Shown: positions 5,182 through 14,113 of the stretch, one piece after another
Position numbering within the stretch: the stretch's first letter is position 1
Layout of the letters: each line of letters opens with the position of its first letter
Assembly: GCA_040904565.1 (NCBI GenBank)
Contig: JBBDTI010000074.1
Span: 3,619-20,737, forward strand
Length of the DNA stretch: 17,119 nt
Origin: Rhodothermales bacterium
Lineage (GTDB): Bacteria; Bacteroidota; Rhodothermia; Rhodothermales; VXPQ01
Direction: 5' to 3'
Position numbers and translations under genes: made by a program
Notes under the pieces: model-generated
Seen by the model: the letters and a program-made list of their open reading frames with translations, nothing else
The model's database searches: none
What the model was told of the DNA's origin: nothing

Positions 5182-7167
5182 TCAGGTAGTTGAATGGATC
5201 TCTCCGGCATGGCGCTCCGCGGAGGCCGGCAGCGTACAGACCACGCGCGTGCCGCGACTCCGCCGGCGACCGATAGACAGCACGGCGCCGATCGTCTGGG
5301 CACGATAGTGCATGGTCCGAAGGCCCAGGCCGCTGGCGGTCTGCTCGACCCCCTCCGGCAGCCCGATGCCGTCGTCCACGACCTGCAATACGGTCTTCCC
5401 CCGCTTCGTGGTGAGGGAGATGGCGACCTGTTCGGGTTTTCCGTGGCGGACCGCGTTGTTGACGGCCTCCTGTGCAACCCGGTACATGTGCAGGGCGATT
5501 TCAGGATCTTGTATCGGTCGATACGTCCCTGTCTTAAGCGTACAGGAGATGCCGTAGACGCCCTCGACGTGAGAGCGAAGCCGCTGGAGAGCTGCCTCGA
5601 GACCGTTTTCCTCCAGTTCCACAGGAAGCAACAGCTTGCTGAGGCTGCGCGTGTGGTCGATCGCGTCCTCCACGAGGTAGGTAATCTCGGATGCCTCTCC
5701 GGACAGGTCGTCTTCTCGCGCTTCCAGCGTCTGCGCAAGCGTCTTGCTCAAAAAACCGATGCCGGTGAGCAGCTGCCCCAGACCGTCGTGCAGATCTCGT
5801 CCCACGCGCTTTCGCTCCCTCTCGCCGGCCTTGAGGATCTCCTTCTCGAGGATGCGCTGCTCGGTGATGTCGTGGAGCACACCAATGACGCGGCCGGACC
5901 GGTCGTCCCCGCCCGAGCTGAATTCCATTTCCACCACGCGCTCCTCTCCGTCGGGCCGTCGAATTCGAAATTCGCCGCTTCGCACCTCGCCATCCGCTCC
6001 CATCGAGAACAGGTCGAACACGCGGCGGCGATCATCCGGCTGAATCTGACGTGCGATGTGGAATAACGCCGGGCGAAAAGAGTCCTTATCCACCCCGAAG
6101 ATTCGATACGTTTCGTCGGACCACATCAATGCCCTGCTTCCCGGCATCCAGCTCCAGCTTCCTAAGTGCGCGATGCGCTCGGCCTCCTTGAGAAGCGATT
6201 CGCTGGTGCGCAGCGCGCGCTCTGCTTCCATGCGTTCGTTGACCTCGTGGCGCAGTTTACGGTTACCCTGTTCCAGCTCCGCCGTACGTGCGGCCACTTT
6301 CCGCTTGAGCTCCATCCGGGCCGTCCGCTCAAATCGGTCGCGATCGATCGCAATCCCGGCGACCTGTGCAGAGACATCGAGCAGCCGGAAATCTTCATCG
6401 CCCGGTTCGGGCGTATCGGGATGAAAGAGAACCAGTACGCCGTTGGCGTCTCGATCCCTGGAGACAACCGGCATAGCCCAGCACGAGGCGTATCTAAAGC
6501 CCGACCAGTCCGGTTCATCGAGGGTCAGCGTGCGCACTCTCTCTCTCGGCGGGACGTCGAGCGCAACCGGAAGCGGCAGATCATTCTCCCATTCCTGCTC
6601 GAGGATAAGCACCTCGTCATCCGTGAGTCCCGGTGCGACGAGCGGGCGGATGAGATTCTGGTTCCCATCGAGCACCAGGAGGGCAACGGCTACCCCCGGC
6701 AGCTGCCCTTCGAGGAAGTAGGCCAGCGTGTCGAGCGAATCGATCAGCGGCTTCCCTCGGGCGACCAGCTCGAGGAGACTCTTCTGCCCGATCTGAAGAT
6801 CGGCCAGCCGTCGATACTCCGAGATGTCGCGCGCCACGACCTCCAGCGCCGTCGTGCGACCTTCCTCTTCCACCAGGTGCGCCTCCTGACCCAACCAGAC
6901 TACGTGGCCGCTGCTGGATAGAACGGGGACCTCCGCATACGTCCGCAGTTCGCCGCTCCGCACCTGGCGCCCATAGGTCGAGAGTATACTCCGCACGCTT
7001 CCGGGGGCCAGAAATTCATCCACCCGCCGACCGACGACGTCGTCGCGATCGTAACCGAGCAAGCGAGTCACGGCCGCGTTCACGTATCGAATGCGACCGG
7101 CCCGGTCGAGCGTATAGATCAGGTCGCCGGCCTGGTCAACCAGCGATTGGAATGCGAAAGGCTCCAT
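5182..7167 (-). CDS. Cytoplasmic sensor histidine kinase, PAS-GAF-like-PAS-HisKA_3-HATPase
   Basis: PAS (DLIYTLDRAGRIRYVNAA...ARDISE), GAF-like segment (SCWAMPV...AGIAIDR), coiled coil, second PAS (AHLGSWSW...WSDETYRIFG...HDITEQ), H-box RDLHDGLGQ, N-box QEAVNNAVRH, DDGIG and GLGL. No transmembrane segment seen. Start ATG 7167 preferred over 7200. Stop is 12 nt from the regulator's start. Confidence 0.95.
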   Translation of the reverse strand: MEPFAFQSLVDQAGDLIYTLDRAGRIRYVNAAVTRLLGYDRDDVVGRRVDEFLAPGSVRSILSTYGRQVRSGELRTYAEVPVLSSSGHVVWLGQEAHLVEEEGRTTALEVVARDISEYRRLADLQIGQKSLLELVARGKPLIDSLDTLAYFLEGQLPGVAVALLVLDGNQNLIRPLVAPGLTDDEVLILEQEWENDLPLPVALDVPPRERVRTLTLDEPDWSGFRYASCWAMPVVSRDRDANGVLVLFHPDTPEPGDEDFRLLDVSAQVAGIAIDRDRFERTARMELKRKVAARTAELEQGNRKLRHEVNERMEAERALRTSESLLKEAERIAHLGSWSWMPGSRALMWSDETYRIFGVDKDSFRPALFHIARQIQPDDRRRVFDLFSMGADGEVRSGEFRIRRPDGEERVVEMEFSSGGDDRSGRVIGVLHDITEQRILEKEILKAGERERKRVGRDLHDGLGQLLTGIGFLSKTLAQTLEAREDDLSGEASEITYLVEDAIDHTRSLSKLLLPVELEENGLEAALQRLRSHVEGVYGISCTLKTGTYRPIQDPEIALHMYRVAQEAVNNAVRHGKPEQVAISLTTKRGKTVLQVVDDGIGLPEGVEQTASGLGLRTMHYRAQTIGAVLSIGRRRSRGTRVVCTLPASAERHAGEIHSTT

Positions 7168-7185
7168 CTGGCATCGATTCCGAGG

Positions 7186-7204
7186 GTAGGTGTGGTACAC
7201 CTAC
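7186..7204. promoter_or_regulatory. Inverted repeat GTAGGTGT-GGT-ACACCTAC (TAGG-N9-CCTA) just upstream of the kinase
   Basis: Perfect 8-bp arms, about 20 nt upstream of ATG 7167, with the same half-sites as the N8 boxes. Confidence 0.45.
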
Positions 7205-7259
7205 TAGAATCGACGGCGCACGCCCAATATTAAGCGCGCGCTTCACGAGGCAAATCTCG

Positions 7260-8177
7260 CTAGTTGACGAGCTCTTCGTATGTAGAGATGTGGGAAGGGT
7301 CGAGACGGGTAAGATGGTCATACGCCTCGGAGCTGCGCTGCCATCCGTCGAAAACCGACGGAAATTCCGTGTATTTTGCTGAAAAGAACAGATCTATGGC
7401 GTACTGCCTGGACACGTCCTGGAACAGCTCATCGAGAGAAACCAGGACTTCCAGCATCGTCGCCCGAGCCGCATCGGTCTCGGTGGTGAAGCGGTCCAGT
7501 CCACCAAAATGATAGTCGAAATACGCCTTGCGAAGCGGACGAAGGCGAGGATCGAGGATCTGGGTGATCAGATTCACGCGCCCCCGGTCACTGCCTACCT
7601 GCGACCAGCCGGGGGCGGACTGCGACTGGGCGCGCTCCGCAATGCGGCGCGCCGTCGCGAAATGGTCCGAGCCTCCGTACTCACTGAAGGTGTCGTAATC
7701 GTACCCCAGCATGACGTAGGCGTAAAAGTCGATGATCGAAACGAGCGGATCGTACTGGTCGAGATTGAAGACCAGCGGCTGGCCCTGAGCGTAGTTGAAC
7801 TGCCACTCCGTATCGTTGAACTGCACGACGGTCGTGTGCTGCGTCGTGTTATAGATCGGCCTGCGCGAGGCGATGATGAGCCGGGCTCGGAAGCTCGTCA
7901 ACGAGATGGCCTCCTCGACCGTGACCTGCATCGTGCATTCGATTCGCTCGTTCTCGCGAAAGCGGTCCTCCGTCCACGAGCGCTTGTTGACGTACTCTTC
8001 GATTCGGTCCTCCAGGTCACTCAAAAACCCAAAATCAGAGCCGCTCAAGCTGCTGTAATTCACCGAAACGGTGCAATTGAACTCCTGCGCCTGCACATCC
8101 GACGGTGCGGAGGCCACATACATGCAGGCACACGCCAGCAGTACCCCGGCACGCACCAGAAAACGAGTCATCCACAT
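7260..8177 (-). CDS. DUF4835 family protein (T9SS-associated PorD-like), exported
   Basis: Signal peptide, then AQEFNCTVSVN...YVNKRSWT...ERIEC...RRPIYNTT...FYAYVMLGYDYDTFS...GW, the pattern I recognise as DUF4835 of Bacteroidota/Rhodothermota. Start uncertain (8201/8177/8171). Confidence 0.8.
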   Translation of the reverse strand: MWMTRFLVRAGVLLACACMYVASAPSDVQAQEFNCTVSVNYSSLSGSDFGFLSDLEDRIEEYVNKRSWTEDRFRENERIECTMQVTVEEAISLTSFRARLIIASRRPIYNTTQHTTVVQFNDTEWQFNYAQGQPLVFNLDQYDPLVSIIDFYAYVMLGYDYDTFSEYGGSDHFATARRIAERAQSQSAPGWSQVGSDRGRVNLITQILDPRLRPLRKAYFDYHFGGLDRFTTETDAARATMLEVLVSLDELFQDVSRQYAIDLFFSAKYTEFPSVFDGWQRSSEAYDHLTRLDPSHISTYEELVN

Positions 8178-8487
8178 CAGCAACGTTCCGTCTTCATCCA
8201 CAACCTATCCATAGCAAGCGACACCGACACAGTACCACACCCGGAAGCCCCGCCGTTCAGCGGTTCATACTGGAAGCGCACCACCCCAGTTTCACCGGAA
8301 GTAACACCTCGCATCACACGGCACATCACCTGAAGGTTACATCCTACCCTCGCTCGTGTCTGTGTAGTACGAAGACGATCGAATACGGTGCCCTCGCCGT
8401 GATATAAAGACGCCGAGCGGAAACCCACCGGCATCTCCGTCTCCGTTTGACGAGGCCTCCGTACGAACGACATCGACGGGTACGTTC

Positions 8488-9297
8488 ATGTGCCGCTCTC
8501 TGTACCTTTTCGTTCTCACTTTCGTGCTCGTCCTGCCGGCATCCGGGCAGACGGCGCTCCGGGGCCCGCGCAGCGCGGCGCTCGCTGGGGCGACCAGCGC
8601 GCTGTCCGGCGACGTCTACGGCGAGGTGAACCCCGCGGCGTGGGCGCAGGCTGAAGAATTTGGGCTGCTGCTGCATGCCGCGCAGTTGTACGGTCTCCGA
8701 GAACTCAGATTCGCCGGTGCGCTCCTCATCTTACCCTATCGCACCGGATCGGCCGCGCTCGGCGGCTCTACCTTCGGATTCGAGTTGTATCGGACCAGCA
8801 CGATAGATATCGGATTGGCCCTGAGGGTTCGAGCCGGGTCCTATAGGCATTTCTCGATCGGGTTGCGCTCCCGGTGGCGGTACGTGACGATAGACCGATA
8901 CGGAAGCACTTCGGCACTTGGATTGACGGCCGGACTCCAACTGCCCGTAACGCCGTTCATCACGATCGGCGCCGCCGCCCAGAATGCCGTCGTCGGCGGT
9001 CCGTATCGATCCGACGTGCCGCGACGTCTGACGGTCGGCGCCGCATTCGTGCTCACGCCTTCCTTCGCCGCGATGGTGGACGTGTCGAAAGACGTTCTAA
9101 CCCCGGTCGCCGTCTCCACGGGGGTCGAAATATCCCCCGTTCAGGTCGTCGTGCTTCGTCTTGGCGCCGGCGCCTCACCGCCCCTCCTCGCTGGAGGCGT
9201 CGGACTCCGGCTGGCAGGTTTTCAGGCGGACGTGGGAGCCGTACATCACGCCGTTCTCGGCTGGAGTCCGTCCGTATCCGTCCTGCTGGAGAGGTAG
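8488..9297 (+). CDS. Putative outer-membrane beta-barrel protein (PorV/PorQ-like N-terminal motif)
   Basis: Signal peptide, GPRSAALAGA...NPA motif, alternating amphipathic strands and C-terminal HAVLGWS. Sits 4 nt upstream of the HhH gene. Confidence 0.7.
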   Translation: MCRSLYLFVLTFVLVLPASGQTALRGPRSAALAGATSALSGDVYGEVNPAAWAQAEEFGLLLHAAQLYGLRELRFAGALLILPYRTGSAALGGSTFGFELYRTSTIDIGLALRVRAGSYRHFSIGLRSRWRYVTIDRYGSTSALGLTAGLQLPVTPFITIGAAAQNAVVGGPYRSDVPRRLTVGAAFVLTPSFAAMVDVSKDVLTPVAVSTGVEISPVQVVVLRLGAGASPPLLAGGVGLRLAGFQADVGAVHHAVLGWSPSVSVLLER

Positions 9298-9301
9298 CGG
9301 T

Positions 9302-11272
9302 ATGCTGGCCGCACTGTTCGCTCTCGCCGTCATTCAGGCAGGTCCTGCTGCTCCCGACACGAGCGGTGTGGATCAAATCGTGGAATCGCTGCTCGAGAAT
9401 CGAATAGACGATCAGGACGATGCGAGCCGGGAGCAGGACGCCGGCCATCTCGTAGAGCTGCTCGAAGACGCTCTGCACCGGAGAGTGCCGATCAATACCG
9501 CCTCCGAAGAAACGCTGCGGGGTCTGGCCGTACTGTCGGAAGTTGACGTGCGCCGCATCGTCCACCACCGGGCGGAAGCCGGTCCTCTGCGTGCGGCTGC
9601 CGATCTGCTTGCAGCCGGACTCTCAGACGAGGCCGTGCGTCAACTCGAGCCGTTCATTACGTTTAACCTCCATCAACCATCATCCGCGCGCCGGATCCGT
9701 GTCGACCTTATCCAGCGATGGAGCCGGCGCATCGACGTCGGTCGTGGTTTCCAGCCGTCGTCTGCGACAGGTTCGCGGTATCTGGGGGCGCCCCTCGCCT
9801 TCCAGTCCAGACTGCGGCTCCGCGTCGGTGAGCAGGTCTCGGCCGGCCTTACGCTAGATCATGATGCCGGGGAGCCCTTCGTCTGGCGGCCCGGCCGCCG
9901 CCGATTGGGCCCCGATTACATCTCATTACATGGTACGTTGGACGGCGTCGGACCGGTAGAACGACTCGTAGCGGGCAGCTTCAGCGTGCAGGTCGGAGAA
10001 GGCCTCGTCATCGGACAGCGTACCGCAGCGATGGCCGCCGTACGCACGGCTACCGTAGACCGCCTTCTGCGACCCCATTCCTCGTCTCGAGAAGGTGCCC
10101 ATTTTCGGGGTCTCGCCATCCAAACCAGGTCCGTTCACGGCCTAACGCTCGGTGCGTTCGTCTCGCTCCATCGCACCGATGGACGCCTGGATACGCTCGA
10201 TGGGAGCTGGCACCTCGCTGCCGCGGGGGCCCACCGCACACCCGGCGAGCAGCGCGGCCGGAAGCTCCTTCGTGCTCGCACGTCCGGCGCGCTGTTTAGT
10301 TTTCGCTTCGGCCCGCTCCATGTAGGTGCCCTCACCGTATACACGCGCTACGGTCCAGACAAACCCTACCGCACGTCGACTTCCGGCACCATTTTTGCTG
10401 GATGGGTCCGGCCACGATGGACCGTAACGGCAGAGATGGATCCGAACCTCTTGCACGCGGCGGCAACCGCCATCTTTCGAGGTCCGCGTGACGTCACGAC
10501 AGCGATCCGATTCGTCGGCACGAGATCCGGCACGACCAGAGTGCATTCACCATCGGGCGTGAATAGCAGGGGTGAAAGCCTGGATATGCGGGCCTGGGAT
10601 GCTGAATACAGCTTCCGGCCGTTCCGATCGTGGACCTCCGCCACCAGATTCCGCTACCGCGTGAAAGCTCGTATCGACGAGCCGGCCTACGAACGCCGGT
10701 CCGTGGACACACGTCTGGAATTCGCCCCCCACCGATGGCTCCGCGTACAAGTTCGCGGTACGAGCAGCTCGACGGAAGAAGCCGCGGCGTGCCTCGCGGG
10801 GCGGCACGTACTCCGCTGCTCCACGACCCGCACCCGGAACACGGCACGCCTGGAGATCGAATACCGACACAGTCCAACGTTCCGCTCGCGGTCACGCATC
10901 GAACTCGTCGACGCCACGGGGCCGGCCGGTCTCCACCAGGGTTTTCTCATCTACGAGGAAGTTAGATGGCACGCGGCCAAACGTCTCCAGCTCGATCTCC
11001 GATTGGCCACGTTCGAGACGTCCGGTACACGTGCACGCATCCATACGTTCGAGAACGACGTACTTTACGCCTTCAGCGTACCTTCTTTCGCAGGTCGCGG
11101 ACGTCGGCGGTACGTGCTCGCCCACGTCCGCGCGTCGTCGCGCCTCACCCTCCAGCTAAAAATGGCCGTAACGAACTATGTGGACGTGCGCACCGTCGGA
11201 TCGGGATTGGATGAAGTGGCAGGCAACAGGATTCGCGAGGTGAAGGTGCAGATTCGGTGGAAGACCGATTAA
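9302..11272 (+). CDS. Helix-hairpin-helix (ComEA/HHH_3-like) domain protein with C-terminal beta-rich, probably barrel, region
   Basis: PINTASEETLRGLAVLSEVDVRRIVHHRAEAGP is HhH-like. Also DHDAGEPF, GSFSVQVGEGL, FENDVLYAFSVP and terminal KVQIRW. ATG 9302 follows GGAGAGG, so it is preferred over 9161. Confidence 0.82.
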   Translation: MLAALFALAVIQAGPAAPDTSGVDQIVESLLENRIDDQDDASREQDAGHLVELLEDALHRRVPINTASEETLRGLAVLSEVDVRRIVHHRAEAGPLRAAADLLAAGLSDEAVRQLEPFITFNLHQPSSARRIRVDLIQRWSRRIDVGRGFQPSSATGSRYLGAPLAFQSRLRLRVGEQVSAGLTLDHDAGEPFVWRPGRRRLGPDYISLHGTLDGVGPVERLVAGSFSVQVGEGLVIGQRTAAMAAVRTATVDRLLRPHSSSREGAHFRGLAIQTRSVHGLTLGAFVSLHRTDGRLDTLDGSWHLAAAGAHRTPGEQRGRKLLRARTSGALFSFRFGPLHVGALTVYTRYGPDKPYRTSTSGTIFAGWVRPRWTVTAEMDPNLLHAAATAIFRGPRDVTTAIRFVGTRSGTTRVHSPSGVNSRGESLDMRAWDAEYSFRPFRSWTSATRFRYRVKARIDEPAYERRSVDTRLEFAPHRWLRVQVRGTSSSTEEAAACLAGRHVLRCSTTRTRNTARLEIEYRHSPTFRSRSRIELVDATGPAGLHQGFLIYEEVRWHAAKRLQLDLRLATFETSGTRARIHTFENDVLYAFSVPSFAGRGRRRYVLAHVRASSRLTLQLKMAVTNYVDVRTVGSGLDEVAGNRIREVKVQIRWKTD

Positions 11273-11497
11273 CATCGTGGCGGATCATTCGCAACGTCCA
11301 TTAACATGGATGAATGAATGCACGTCTCGTAGCTTTTGTAATTCCTTTCCCGATTACTTGGTCTTGTACGAAGAACTTATATATTCAGTCGGATGGCCGA
11401 TCACTTACATAAGACGGCCGAATACCTACATCCCCGCTGGTAGTCGGCCATTCGTCCACCCCCGTACCGTTGGAGTGGCAACCATTCAACGTTCCCC

Positions 11498-11881
11498 ATG
11501 GCTCTAGATAACACGCCGAGCATTCTTGCCGTCGAGGACAACCCCGACACGCAGTTGCTGCTTCGCTATCTGCTCAAACCGCACTACGACGTCGAAATCG
11601 TATCGCACGTCGACGACGCTCTCGATGTGGCGAGGCGGCAGGACTTCGACCTCCTCGTTCTGGATATCAATCTCGGCGAAGAGCGAACGGGGGTAGACCT
11701 CCTGCGAGAGCTCCGCGATATGGATGCGTACACGTCGACGCCGGCTCTGGCACTTACAGCCTACGCCATGCCCGGAGACAGAGAACGCTTTCACAGCTCC
11801 GGCTTTTCGCAGTATATCAGCAAGCCCTTTACGCGGAAAGAACTTTACGAGGCCCTTAAGGATATGCTTGAGGGCACGTAA
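11498..11881 (+). CDS. Single-domain response regulator (CheY-like receiver)
   Basis: ILAVEDN, LVLDINL, ALTAYAMPGD and YISKPF; 127 aa with no output domain. Confidence 0.95.
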   Translation: MALDNTPSILAVEDNPDTQLLLRYLLKPHYDVEIVSHVDDALDVARRQDFDLLVLDINLGEERTGVDLLRELRDMDAYTSTPALALTAYAMPGDRERFHSSGFSQYISKPFTRKELYEALKDMLEGT

Positions 11882-11962
11882 GCGCGACCGACCCCTCGAC
11901 CGGGCATCGGCCTCGGTCGCGACGTGCTTCGGATACCTCCGTCCACGTTCACTGCATTACCG

Positions 11963-12847
11963 ATGTTGATCGCGCATGTCTGCCGGCGAACGGGAACCGG
12001 CATCAACGGCTTCCTCTTGATTGCCCTCCTCATATTGACAGCCGGTTGTGCCGGAGAACGTACGTACGAGGTGCGGGGGCGCGTGGCGGGATTCGGGGAC
12101 GACGCACATACCCTTATCGTCGAACATGAAGACATTCCCGGCCTCATGCCGGCGATGACGATGCCGTTCGACGTTCTCGACCCGACGGCCATCGAGAACC
12201 TGACTGTCGGCGACGCGATCGCCTTCCGGCTCTCCATGACGGGTGACCGGTCGTGGATCGAGGACATCACCGTGCTCGCCGACGATGCCGTCGCCGAACA
12301 TCCGGCGGGCCGACCCGATCCCTTTCAACCGAACACCGAACGCATCCTCGATCGTGGGGACCGCATTCCCGACGCCGAGCTGCTTACGCACGCCGACACG
12401 ACGCTGCGGCTGGCGTCTCTACGTGGACGGAGAGTCGTGATCACGTTCATCTATACCGAATGTCCGATCCCGGATTTCTGTCCACTCATGTCACGCCGGT
12501 TCGCCGAGCTGCAGCCCGAACTCGAGCGGCTGAGCGGTCCACCGACGCACCTTCTCAGCATCAGCTTCGATCCGTCTACCGATACGCCGGACGTGCTGCG
12601 CGACTATGCAGATCGATATACGTCGGATCTATCAAACTGGACCTTCGCTACCGGAGATCAGGAGACGATTGACCGGCTGGCAAACCGATTCGGGGTGTTC
12701 TATCGAACGGATGCCGAACAAATCATCCATAATCTGGTCACCGTCCTGGTTGACGCGGACGGTCACGTTCGCGACATATGGCGCGGCAATGAGTGGCTGG
12801 CCGACGACGTCCTCGACGCGCTACAGCAGATGAATCCGGACGCCTGA
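11963..12847 (+). CDS. SCO1/SenC family lipoprotein with N-terminal CusF-like copper-binding domain
   Basis: Lipobox LTAG-C, HEDIPGLMPAMTMPF (CusF-like His/Met site), TFIYTECPIPDFCP, SISFDP..DTP and IIHNL. Start uncertain. Confidence 0.9.
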   Translation: MLIAHVCRRTGTGINGFLLIALLILTAGCAGERTYEVRGRVAGFGDDAHTLIVEHEDIPGLMPAMTMPFDVLDPTAIENLTVGDAIAFRLSMTGDRSWIEDITVLADDAVAEHPAGRPDPFQPNTERILDRGDRIPDAELLTHADTTLRLASLRGRRVVITFIYTECPIPDFCPLMSRRFAELQPELERLSGPPTHLLSISFDPSTDTPDVLRDYADRYTSDLSNWTFATGDQETIDRLANRFGVFYRTDAEQIIHNLVTVLVDADGHVRDIWRGNEWLADDVLDALQQMNPDA

Positions 12848-13148
12848 ATCGTCCACCTTTCCCTACGGCACGATTCGCTCCCCCGGCCCTCGCCGTCCTG
12901 TTCTACCACTGCGGTCCCTCCTGTCCGGTACGACCGACGTACCTGCAGAGCCATCGGCTAAATTCACCTAACTGCAACGAGCACAAGCGGATACGACTTG
13001 GTTCTTCCGGCCGCATCGTCTATATTGATATTCGGGATGCGTACGCGGCCCGATATACACTACCGCTCCTCGTTGACCTCGCTGCCGGTAACCACCGCCC
13101 GGTTCGACGACAGCGTAGAGCCACTGGTCATCAAGTGGTCTCGGTCGG

Positions 13149-13451
13149 ATGGGAAGAGAGAAACGCAAGCCGTTGCCGGTGCGGTCAAGATCGTCTATTC
13201 GAACGGAATACGTAGGTCGGACCCCGGAGAACTCGGCGTCCACGCAAACACGAATCGTTGCATTTCGGAGTGGGGAGGCCGTTCAACACCACCCTGAATT
13301 GATCCCGTTACTACGGGAAGGGTGGACGATCCAATCTGCGGCTCCCTACCTGGATGAGCCTGATACGGTACGTCTGATGGTTATACTCGAACTGCGGATC
13401 GACCAATCTCAAGAAAGATCGAACCCCAGAGAGACATCGACGCCCCAATAG
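13149..13451 (+). CDS. Small hypothetical protein (start uncertain)
   Basis: The C-terminal half looks protein-like (RIVAF...HPELIPLLREGWTIQSAAP...RLMVILE). It fills the gap and converges on the next gene's stop, 36 nt away. TATATTG at 13021 could be a promoter element. Confidence 0.45.
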   Translation: MGREKRKPLPVRSRSSIRTEYVGRTPENSASTQTRIVAFRSGEAVQHHPELIPLLREGWTIQSAAPYLDEPDTVRLMVILELRIDQSQERSNPRETSTPQ

Positions 13452-13487
13452 GACGCGGCCCTCAGGAAGACGTCCGCCGCCGGCCCT

Positions 13488-13865
13488 TTAGTTCGAGCAG
13501 ATAGATTTCAGCACGTTGCGCCGGCTAACGAGCTTTTCATGCCAGGCGTCGTGACCGATCCGCTCGTCATCGACGTAGTACTCCCACTGGTCGACCGATT
13601 CGTCGTGCGACGTAACGGGGGCGTCGACGTGAGCGACACGCTTTAGCTCGGGTGACATGCCCATCTGATGGACGAACGTAATCTTGTAGTCCCCTCTACG
13701 CGTCTCTTTTACCGACAGCCAATTGTCGCCACACACGTGGCACGTATAAAACCGCGAATCCTGGTCATCACGTCCCAGGTCGACTCCCTCGATGTCGTCT
13801 TCGACGACCACATCCATAGGAACCATGCTGTAGCTCCCGCAGGCCTTGCAATGCAACTTTTCCAT
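13488..13865 (-). CDS. Hypothetical zinc-ribbon-like protein (2 x CxxC)
   Basis: CKAC ... CHVC pairs, acidic linker and C-terminal ICSN. ATG 13865 follows an A-rich leader. Confidence 0.8.
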   Translation of the reverse strand: MEKLHCKACGSYSMVPMDVVVEDDIEGVDLGRDDQDSRFYTCHVCGDNWLSVKETRRGDYKITFVHQMGMSPELKRVAHVDAPVTSHDESVDQWEYYVDDERIGHDAWHEKLVSRRNVLKSICSN

Positions 13866-14113
13866 GTGCTGGATCGACGGTTTTTCTTTTTTCAAACATT
13901 GCAACCGTTCAGCTCACAATAAGTTCGTTCCGGGCCAATCGCAACCGGCGTGGAAAAGTAGCCCGGCGACCTCGCCCCGAGCGAGCGGGTCGGCCACGCA
14001 ATAACGGCTCCATTAAATGGGCCGCTAAAAGTTATCCGGAGGTGCCGGGATACGAATGCGCTGGACGAGCCCGACACGCAATAACGGAGTATTAGCGCCG
14101 CCGATGTCAGGGT

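Noticed and set aside
8177-8473. 98-aa minus-strand ORF upstream of the DUF4835 gene
   Set aside because: It would fill the divergent promoter region to within 15 nt of the next start and has no motifs, so it is unsupported.
9161-9301. Extended start of the HhH gene
   Set aside because: Overlaps the upstream barrel gene. ATG 9302 has an SD-like GGAGAGG and a signal-like N-terminus.
11269-11312. TTAACAT repeat and CGTCCAT-TAAC-ATGGATG hairpin after the HhH gene
   Set aside because: Short and without a U-tract, so it cannot be distinguished from chance in an AT-richer spacer.
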